From assembly GCA_051530055.1 (NCBI GenBank), contig CM121342.1, forward strand, positions 8,155,412-8,219,411: DNA of 64,000 bases, given 5' to 3'. Origin of the DNA: Neoechinorhynchus agilis. Its lineage: Eukaryota > Animalia > Acanthocephala. The translations under genes and the position numbers were made by a program. Of this stretch, positions 24,420-34,051 are shown in pieces (the first letter of the stretch is position 1; the number at the start of each line of letters is the position of its first letter). The notes beneath the pieces were generated by a model, which made no database searches, had not been told where the DNA came from, and saw only the letters and a list, made by a program, of their open reading frames with translations.

Positions 24420-25812
24420 GCTGGTACCTGGACGATGCCACGCTCGTAGGTAACCCCCTCTGTTGTACTGCGCGATTTGGAGACACTCGTGAAGGAGTCG
24501 GCGAAAATTGGCATTAAACTGAATCCGGCGAAATGCGAGATTCTAGTGATGAACGTGGAAGATGAGGATTCCAGGTAAACTACCGTGAGAGATTTTCAGA
24601 ATCTGGCCTCCGGGATAGAATTGATCACTCTAGACGGTTAAGTTTTCTAGGAAGTTGCATTTTTGGTTCTAATGTTGAAGCAGAGATTGCCAATCTTCAA
24701 CCGTAACTTTCGACGCTGTGCGAGCGAGCTGATGAATTATCTTCACGCGAGGCTCTGTTCCTGATCAACAACACCCTCTTCATTCCAAAACTGCAATAAA
24801 AGCTGCGCACAGCACCTTTATTTAGACATAATTATAAGCTGGCAAAATTAGACGAGATGGTGAAAGCCTCTCTCGAGAAAATTTTAAATACTCAGCTGTC
24901 GGACGAGGCCCGGCGTCAAGCGTTCTTGCTCGTGTCGTCCGGCGGTTTGGGTATCCGAAAAGCAGCCGATATTTCTCTGCCAGCTTATTTGGGATCGTAT
25001 GAAGCAAACCGTAAAATAGTTCAATCCTTTCTTAACGAAAATTACACTTTGGATGAAGATTCAGTGACGGCTCTTAATCTTTGTTGTGGAAATTCAGGCA
25101 GCGAGCAGGTACCCGTCAATGATTGCAAACAATCAATTTGGGACCCATCCCTGCAAGCTAGAATTCATAACTCTTTAATTTCAGATTCTCGTGACCTGGT
25201 GAACCGAACTCGATTGGCGGACGTCTCGACTAGAGAATCGGGTGCTTGGCTTAACGCTCTTCGCCCCGACGAGACCGTAAGGATCGCAGTGTCCCTGAGA
25301 CTTGAGGTACCGATGTTCATATCGAATCACTGCCGTTGCGTGGAGCCATTGGAACGCATTGGTTCCGCCTGTCGAAACTCATTCGGAAAGTAAAACATTC
25401 CGAAGTGAACGCAATTCACTTAGCCTTGTCCTGAATACTGTGAATGCGCCCAACATCCTAGGGCCGAGCAGTCTTTGTCGACTTGATGACCATTGACCGG
25501 GCGGTGTCGCAGTATTCCCGTGGCCAGGGGAGGAAAATGCCTTCTCGGGGACGCCATGTTAGCAGCCAGCAACATAAAATTCGCCGCTGTTAAACCGGAG
25601 GGGGAGAAAAAAACCACCACTGAGGATCGCGAAAAGAACAAATACATGGACATGAGTCGAAATTATTAAGCAATCGGAACTTTTTTTACCGCGGCGCAGG
25701 ATGTCGTACTGACGATCCGAGAGCAGGAGAATTCCTTTAGCAAAACATCAGCCTGACTGTGCAACTAAGGAACTTTTGAATCCGTACGTTTGACCATTAA
25801 ACAAGGACGGCA
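24420..25812 (+). mobile_element. CRE-like retrotransposon fragment A (RT end to RLE, with internal deletions)
   Basis: WYLDDATL, LNPAKCEI, GGLGIRKAADISLPAYLGS, STRESGAWLNAL and GKCLLGDA, with frameshifts. Confidence 0.9.
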
Positions 25813-26824
25813 TGTTTACAAACTCTTTTTGCCGAAAAACTCATGTTTTTCATAAAAAATCGTATTTTCTTATCATTAAAATTTATTCCAAATTCTCATT
25901 TGAATGCACAATTTTTTCTTATATTTCGTGCAAATTAAAGCGAAAATTCCTAATTTTTTCAAATATCTAAAAAAAATTTCGAACTTTTCCCATAGATTGT
26001 ATTGACCAATTTTACCCCTAAATTAAGCATATAAACCAAATTGCAGCTCAGAATTCATTTACAAGCTTTGCTAAATTTTTAATGGGCTCTTTTCAGCGGT
26101 GCACAATTTGAAAAATTCAAATGTTGGTACTGAATAAGCGCATTTTTTAATCTCCCGAGACCAGCTATGGTTTTTTCGAAATATGGATCGAAATTGAAAA
26201 AATTGGACCAAAAACATTATACGATTATTGTTTTTAACAAATAAATATTAAAGATTGAACAATTTTCGATGCGACCTTATAGGCAACCGTTCTTCCAGAT
26301 TTCCTTGAATGTCTTTGCATTACTTTCGGGATCTTAGATCTACTTGATTTTACGTTTGAGCTGCTGCTTTGCTAGCAGGTATTTTGTTGTTAGTTTCTGT
26401 AAATTTCACATTGTTTTCTTTTTACTTTCGAGTGCTGATTGGTCTTTTATTAAAATTCTCAGAAATGAGCTCTAAGCGCGATAAATAACAAGTAGTGAAA
26501 CTCTTCTGACCACTTTTTCGACTCAAAATGACCTCGTGCTCATGTTTCGAGATTTTGACACGTCATGGACAAGATTTTGACACGGAAGAATTTTTCAATT
26601 AAAGTAGATCATTAAATGCCCTAAGGAAGGACATTGCGATTGCGTAGGTGGAAAATGGTTTTCTGAAAACTAATTATCATTTGAGACAAAAACAGTTCTT
26701 TTTGGCCAGTATGCAAAATGTTTCCAAAAAAGGCGATTTTTACGCCGATTTGAAGTTCGACGCAAAGCGATTCTTTTGATGAACGACGAGAAATCCTATT
26801 TCATTTTGTCTAAAGATCTTGTAG

Positions 26825-29800
26825 ATGTCATCCAAGGGAGGAACTTCTACTCGTCCCAGGACATTCTTTGACATTCAAATCGGGGGAGATCCAGGTGAAT
26901 ATCTTCTTTTTTTTGTCACTCCTATCGAATGCCCATCAACTAATTTCATTCAGCGGGTCGGATTGTTTTTGAACTGTTCAAAGACGTTTGCCCTCGAACA
27001 TGTGAGAATTTCAGAGCCCTTTGCACAGGTTAGATAGCCAGGCTTACTAGTTCTTTTGCTCCGTTGAACTTCTCAGGTGAACGAGGTCTAGGTCTAAACT
27101 CCTACAAAAAACTGTGCTTCAAGAACTCCAAGTTTCACCGTGTTATAAAAGATTTTATGGTTCAAGGTGGCGATATTACCGAAGGAAACGGAACTGGCGG
27201 TGAGTCCGTGTATGGAGGCGTTTTCGCCGATGAAAATTTCGATGTTATGCATGATCGACCGTTCTTACTGTCGATGGCTAATCGAGGGAAAAACACCAAT
27301 GGATCCCAGTTTTTTATTACGACCATTGAAGCCCCTCATCTAAATGGAAAAAACGTTGCATTCGGTCACGTAAGTTCAGTGACTTACTTAAGAGTCGGGT
27401 TTTTGTTTGTTATCAAACTCTGAAACGTCCATTATCCGACCACTGTTCTTGAATTCTTTTTTGAACAATGAAGCTGAATTTTGGGGTTTTTGAGGGGAGG
27501 GAAATCTCGTATCCGAATGATGTTCAATCCCAATTGGAACGCGAATGGTAGACGATTCGTTCTACTGTGTTTGAAGTAATTTGTGCCTTTATCAAGATGA
27601 TGCCCTTAGATTAAGTTTAAAAGAAAAATTGAATTCTACAAATTACTTTACTTTTGTTATTCAATGTTCAGAATAAACTTTTCAAAATGCTCCAGTTCGT
27701 CACTGAACAATAATCGAAGGTATCGACATCGTCAAGAAGATCGAATCCATTGAAGTTGATGATTTGAAAGTTCCAATTTGCGACGTTCTAATCAGTCATT
27801 GCGGCGAGCTCGTTCTTCGTAGTAAGAAAAAGGTTGAACAACATGAGGAAAGCCTTAATTCTGATCAGTCGACTGAATCTAAGCCGAGTGCTGCAGTTGA
27901 AAAAAAAGAGGGTAGTGAAGAGAAGCAGAGGCGTGAGGAGCCGGTTTCATTGGCGCCTGACGAGGACGACGATCAGGTTGTTTGTAGTGTAAAGCCCGAG
28001 GAGATTCCCGAAGGTCCATCTCACAAGTACTTGAGCCGTGTAAGTAAAGTTTGTCCGGATGAAAAGGAGACTGACCGTGGTGGATCTGGAAGGAAATACG
28101 ATGCACTTGGTAGGAAAGTGATTGGACGTGGGAATTTGCGATATTCCGGAAAGAGTAGATCGAGATCATCGACCCCTGTTCTTTGGCGGATGGCGTTGAG
28201 GGAGCGAAGTCGAAGGATGAGAGGGGGAAGGAACGGAGGAGGTCAGGAGAACAGCGGCGTTGGTGATAATGAGGAGAAACAGCGGGATCTATCTAGTCCG
28301 CCGCGAAGCGGACATCAACGGTCTCTTAATCGATTAAGTCAGTCTAAGGCGGTTCGAAATGTTTCTCACGATAGAGATGACGATGATTTTTGATAGGGTT
28401 TTACATTAATCATCGGTGGTAGAACTCGAGGTGAGAGGAAAGGAATACGCGAAGAAAGTAGATCGAGTAAGAAGAGTCCTTTGAAGGAAAAGAAAAAGTC
28501 GCCCGCTGAAAAGAGTACCACTAAAGTGGACGATGATGATCACAGAAGACGACGAAAACGAAATAGATCAGTCAGTTCAATGGAGAAGTGTCGACAGCTT
28601 AGAAGTTTAAGCTGCAAAGATTCTATTGATCGTCACTCACGTCACGATGGTGGGAAACAGGATCAAGCGGAGAAACGACGGGAATCCCGTAAACGAGAAG
28701 ATCCGGTGAATCGAAAACGATACGAAGATCTCGATGTGGGTTCCAATGACGATGCCGGTAGATCAAAACGAAAAGATCACCGTCGAAGGCACTGTGAACG
28801 CCACCGGGACTCAACGAGTGTCGAAAAGCGTAGATCGAGTGAGTGTTCGCCTCACTCGAAACGTCGGTCAGGTCGATCAAAACGGTCCCGTTCAAGACAA
28901 CGGCGAAGATCGTCTTCACGTGAGGAAAGAAGGGCGAGGAGATACCGACACGAATCAGCTGAACGAATACAGCAATCATCATCACCACATCAATGCCGTC
29001 ATCGGTCACCTGAAGTGTCCCGCCACCGTCGTCGTCGTCGTCGGAGATCATCTACTGGTGAGTCATTATCGGCTCGCCGTGGTACTCGTCGGTCAAGAAG
29101 TCTAACAGACGACCGTTCTCAATCACAGCAACAAATCCGATGTTTCATCCGTGAGCGCCGTCATTTGGAAGGACCGGTCCTACGTACGTTCACGAGCACA
29201 ATGCGAGCCGATGATAAAGTTTCGTTTCTTTTTAAGTTCATAGCTCAATCTCTTGATCAAGATGATTTCGACTTGTCATACAATCGAGCACCACGAAGCG
29301 ACCTTGCGCCGGGTCTTCGAGGCCCATTGCCAGGCGCTCCTAGAGATGACCGCGAACCAGAGGAACAAATCGATGTCGTGTTCGCCAAAACACGAAATCA
29401 AACGATGTCACAAGCTAAATTGGTACCTAGTTCAAGCAGTTTTAAAGGATGGGCTCATTTCGATGTGGTGAGAAGAAATGTCGCCAAGGCTACATCTGCT
29501 TCTCGGTTGGCTCCATCGTCTAGATCAAAAGATAAGTCTTCCAAAAGTGAAGTCTCTGATGTTGTCAAGAAACTTCAGGCTCTTTCGTCCGGTGGAACTG
29601 GCCAACAAGGAACTTCTCATAGGAAACGATCAATGAGTCCAACTCGCAAACGCAAGCAAAGGTCGCCAAGCCCACGCAGACATCGAAAGAGGCGACGGTC
29701 CACAACTTCGTCCTCGTCCACAACCTCAAATACAACGTCTTCGTCATCTGATACGTCCTCGTCTTCAAATACCGATTCAAGTGCAAGTTCAAGCAGATCT

Positions 29801-29884
29801 TCATCAAAGGTAACGACTTCAAGCACAGCTTCAAGTTCATCGAGCAGTCGAAAAAGAGTTCCAAGGAGAAAAAGACATCGCTGA
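26825..29884 (+). CDS. PPIG: SR-rich cyclophilin (PPIG/CypG-like); exons 26825-26894, 26954-27028, 27077-27369, then from about 27710
   Basis: [53 protein letters not shown] and [17 protein letters not shown], followed by a long RS/charged tail. Introns 1-2 are GT-AG; intron 3 is non-canonical; the junction near 28390 is uncertain. Confidence 0.88.
27370..27709 (+). other. Non-canonical intron (no usable AG) with 10-bp terminal inverted repeats
   Basis: Removal restores FGH-(I/V)[11 protein letters not shown]; GTTCAGTGAC (27374-27383) pairs with GTCACTGAAC (27699-27708); TAA is duplicated at the ends. Confidence 0.75.
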
Positions 29885-30184
29885 GAATACAATTCAAATG
29901 CGATTTAATATCCTCTCGTTGTGAGTGGCGTGTTCGGCCCTCCATAAAGCATCATTTTACTCAAAACACTTTCATGCTCATAATGGATCTCTAATTTTGT
30001 TTCACAGTTTACGTCACTTTTGAGAAGTTTGCGAATAAGAAGGAAAGTAACATTATAAAAAATGATTCGCTCCAGACGAATTGTGTTTGTTATTCCTTGT
30101 CCATCTTTTTATTGATATTATCTTGGGGTTAATGCATACACAAAAGCCATTTTCATTTTCACAAATTATAAAAAGCAAACCTAT

Positions 30185-30273
30185 GTTTATTCTCATATTA
30201 GAATACATTCACAGCACAACGCCATTTCTTTAATTTTCAAGTGCTGTAAATGATTTCTAATATGAGAATAAAC
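30185..30273. repeat. 89-nt hairpin, 19-bp perfect outer stem, about 33-bp total stem
   Basis: GTTTATTCTCATATTAGAA pairs with TTCTAATATGAGAATAAAC; inner CATTCACAGCAC pairs with GTGCTGTAAATG (1 mismatch). Confidence 0.9.
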
Positions 30274-30314
30274 TTAATTTCAAGAAAAAGTAATTTAATT
30301 TGAAATGAGAACAG

Positions 30315-31343
30315 TTTATAAACATCCACGCCACCGATCTGGATCATTCAGCTGCCGTCCTTGTTTAATGGTCAAACGTACGGATTCAAAAGTTCCTTAG
30401 TTGCACAGTCAGGCTGATGTTTTGCTAAAGGAATTCTCCTGCTCTCGGATCGTCAGTACGACATCCTGCGCCGCGGTAAAAAAAGTTCCGATTGCTTAAT
30501 AATTTCGACTCATGTCCATGTATTTGTTCTTTTCGCGATCCTCAGTGGTGGTTTTTTCTCCCCCTCCGGTTTAACAGCGGCGAATTTTATGTTGCTGGCT
30601 GCTAACATGGCGTCCCCGAGAAGGCATTTTCCTCCCCTGGCCACGGGAATACTGCGACACCGCCCGGTCAATGGTCATCAAGTCGACAAAGACTGCTCGG
30701 CCCTAGGATGTTGGGCGCATTCACAGTATTCAGGACAAGGCTAAGTGAATTGCGTTCACTTCGGAATGTTTTACTTTCCGAATGAGTTTCGACAGGCGGA
30801 ACCAATGCGTTCCAATGGCTCCACGCAACGGCAGTGATTCGATATGAACATCGGTACCTCAAGTCTCAGGGACACTGCGATCCTTACGGTCTCGTCGGGG
30901 CGAAGAGCGTTAAGCCAAGCACCCGATTCTCTAGTCGAGACGTCCGCCAATCGAGTTCGGTTCACCAGGTCACGAGAATCTGAAATTAAAGAGTTATGAA
31001 TTCTAGCTTGCAGGGATGGGTCCCAAATTGATTGTTTGCAATCATTGACGGGTACCTACTCGCTGCCTGAATTTCCACAACAAAGATTAAGAGCCGTCAC
31101 TGAATCTTCATCCAAAGTGTAGTTCTCGTCAAGAAAGGATTGAACTATTTTACGGTTTGCTTCATACGATCCCAAATAAGCTGACAGAGAAATATCGGCT
31201 GCTTTTCGGATACCCCAACCGCCGGACGACACGAGCAAGAACGCTTGACGCCGGGCCTCGTCCGACAGCTGAGTATTTAAAATTTTTCTCGAGAGAGGCT
31301 TTCACCATCTCGTCTAATTTTGCCAGCTTATAATTATGCCTAA
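30315..31343 (-). mobile_element. CRE-like fragment B, inverted near-identical copy of 24822-25812 with a longer 3' end
   Basis: Mirrored ORFs (coordinate sum 56164) and shared deletions. Confidence 0.92.
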
Positions 31344-31647
31344 AAAGGGTGTTTCTTTTTGACTGGGTGTTCCCAGCGGGTGAAGACTTCTAAACAATAA
31401 TCCTAATCATATACCCCAGTACCTCCTCACAAATCGACATGGGAATTCTTTTTATAAACTATCAATAGTTCTTTTATTTTTAATTATTGGGTTCTAATTC
31501 TAAATAGGAATATTTACATGTTAAACGATTTCATAAAATTTCAACAGTATCGCTTTCTTTGACATAATTTTTACTTAAAATTTTAAATGCTCCTCGAATA
31601 TTTTTATCACAATTTTATATTTATGTGCTTATTTTGTGAATTTATGA

Positions 31648-31830
31648 TCGGCGCAGGATCTCGAAAAACAATTGTCCAAAAGACTAAGACGAATCACTGA
31701 CGATCCGAGAGCAGAATTCCTATAGCAAAACATCAGCCTAGCTGCGCAACTGGTGAACTTTGGAATCCGTGCTTTTGACCATTACACCGATGCGACAGTA
31801 GAGTGATCCAGAGCGGTGACGTGGATGTTT
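31648..31830 (+). mobile_element. Short CRE-like 3'-end fragment C
   Basis: AQDLEKQLSKRLRRITDDPRAEFL*QNISLA; 3' UTR GTGATCCAGAGCGGTGACGTGGATG matches the ends of the fragments at 30315 and 14478. Confidence 0.75.
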
Positions 31831-32408
31831 ATATTCTTTTCGTTAAAGAAAAAACATTATGTAACAGAAAACTGTTTTCTTAATTTACGAAATAATTTTT
31901 TCCGTCTAGTCGTCCTATTTTTTCAGTGTAAATCTTTTAACTTCTATTTTTATGTGAGATGCTAAATCGTCTCTGGAATTTTCTACTGAAATTCTGGTAC
32001 CTGTGTTTTAAAATGTTTGCATCGCAAATTCGTATTTTTTCTTTATTGACGGTATTTGTCTATTTGTCTTATTGCTTTCAGTAAAAACTTTCTAGACTTT
32101 ATTTTTTTGTATTGATTTATTTCGTTTGTGATTTCTATAATAAAAATATAATCAGTTAAAGTAAAACGTTTATCCTTTATTGTATATTTTTGTATTGGGG
32201 TGAAAATTCGTGGGTAGCATTTCGAATTTTGTCTAAGCCCTTTGAGGAGATTTTCGCCTTTAGTTGAATTATTTAAATTTTAAGTCCCTTTAAATACGAA
32301 ACTCGATTTAATTCGAACAAATAAATCCAGGTCAGTAAAGTGTTCATAAGACAAACGAGCATTATAAAAATTTGGATTGAACTTCACCATTCTTGTTTCG
32401 CTTGAGAC

Positions 32409-33026
32409 TCATTGACTAGAGTTTGGTGGTTGTTGCGACGGTGGCATTACCGGCATCGGAGGCATCATTCCTGGTGGTGGTGGCGGCGGCATTTGAATTC
32501 CCAGTGGCGGTGGAGGGAAATTTGCGAACATTGGCATATGCGCGGAGGCTGTATGAATGGGATCACCAGGAATTGAAGAATTGGTTTGTAGAAACGGTGG
32601 TGGTGGTGGGAATCCGGGTGGTGGGATCATAAAGTGGGGCGGTGGTGGCGGAACTCCCGGTGGGAAAAATCCGGATTGTGGTAGTTGCGTTGCATGTGTA
32701 GTTGCGAAGAACGGGTTTGGACCGGGCAGAATCTGATTGGCTGGTGCTTGTGGTGCCGGAGGCATGAAGAACGGTGACGTAAGTGGAAGAGCCGGACGAA
32801 TGATGGAGTTGGCAAGAGCTGCACGAGCAGCACCAAGTGGAAGCTTGCCCGCTTTGAACGCAGCCGTGGTTGATTCGAGCAACTTATGAGCTTGTTCCTC
32901 CAGCCAATCTTGATAATACTTTCTAACGTTCTCTTTATGGTTACGACCTTGATTGTGCGTTCGTCGAACCGATGGACTGTCGTGAGTTAGATACGTATCA
33001 CAGTAGTCGCAATAGTACTTTGGCAT
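32409..33026 (-). CDS. SNRPC: U1 snRNP protein C, intronless
   Basis: [34 protein letters not shown] zinc finger plus Pro/Met-rich tail; ATG at 33026. Confidence 0.95.
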   Translation of the reverse strand: MPKYYCDYCDTYLTHDSPSVRRTHNQGRNHKENVRKYYQDWLEEQAHKLLESTTAAFKAGKLPLGAARAALANSIIRPALPLTSPFFMPPAPQAPANQILPGPNPFFATTHATQLPQSGFFPPGVPPPPPHFMIPPPGFPPPPPFLQTNSSIPGDPIHTASAHMPMFANFPPPPLGIQMPPPPPPGMMPPMPVMPPSQQPPNSSQ

Positions 33027-34051
33027 CTTAATTCGTCTTTTATCGCCACTCCTTCTCCTCCACAGAACAATGTTCTTCCGTAGCACGGATTTCGTCCATC
33101 GCCTGACGTAAAACACCTCTCTCGCTTTTTCAAACGTCATACAACCTGGCGAATCCGTTGATTTCATTGTTTGTGGACTCGCTGAAACCGTCCATTTATT
33201 GCCAAATGATCGAGAAACCAAAATCGCTTTTTTCTAAAATTCCAAACCGATATATCAAGAATTTTACAGGTCTTTAATGTCCTCACCAAAGGCGAAAATT
33301 TCTTTTACTCGTGAGAAGTAATCATACACGTAGCCAACGGCATCACATTGGATTTTCCTTGTGTATTTAACAATTCCTTGAATTTTTTGCGAATTTCGAA
33401 GTCATCGACGGTGAAAGGTCTTTAATACCTCGAATTGGATAAATTATTAATGGCCTCGTAAATTAAAAATAAGAGAATTTGGATTTAAAACTATTTTCGT
33501 TCATTGGGGTTCTCGATGGTTGTTCATAAATAAAAATATAATCGAATTCACATGTTTTGCCTAAACTTGTTATCGGATAATTCGCAGTATTTTTACAATA
33601 TGAATTCTCGTGAATAATTACCGTTATCTAATTTACTCTAATTGTTAATTCATGGTTTGCTAGTGTTTATAAAATAAATGACGTTGGAGTCAGGACACTA
33701 CTTTTCCCTTCAGAGAGAAATTCCAACTTTTTTCGGTGCTCAATCAAATTGCAGTATTCTCTTTACCAATGCTAAAAGCGTATTTTCGAAAATTGTTTAC
33801 ATTGATTTTCTATAAAAATTGTTAGAAAGCGGATGAGTCTTAAGTTTAGAATTCAACCATTTAAAGCATGTTTCCCCTCTTTCGTTTTATAATGTCTCTT
33901 GCTACGCACCTGTCACACGAGAAGTCTTTTCATCGACCTACGCAATGAAAAGACTCAAACTTTTCGTTCCTGAGAGTTGCAAAGAAATAGATGCTGGTTC
34001 TGTGGAATAGTAAATGGAATGAAGCTTTTCGTTTTACTTTTAAATATTTAG

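Noticed and set aside
26760-26815. ILLMNDEKSYF resembling a Tc1/mariner catalytic motif
   Set aside because: One short motif; no other DDE/D segments or TIRs were found.
26895-26953. 5-bp terminal pairing in canonical introns (TGAAT/ATTCA here; GTTTG/CAAAC in AP1M intron 1)
   Set aside because: Too short to exceed chance, and absent from most other introns.
28623-29945. Antisense and alternate-frame ORFs over the RS-rich cyclophilin tail, and similar shadow ORFs over TFIIB, Cdh1 and the TEs
   Set aside because: Explained by low-complexity codon bias of the real gene; no independent features.
33027-33221. 65-aa N-terminal extension of U1C in the ORF track
   Set aside because: It starts at a TTG, and U1C proteins begin MPKYYC; the ATG at 33026 is the likely start.
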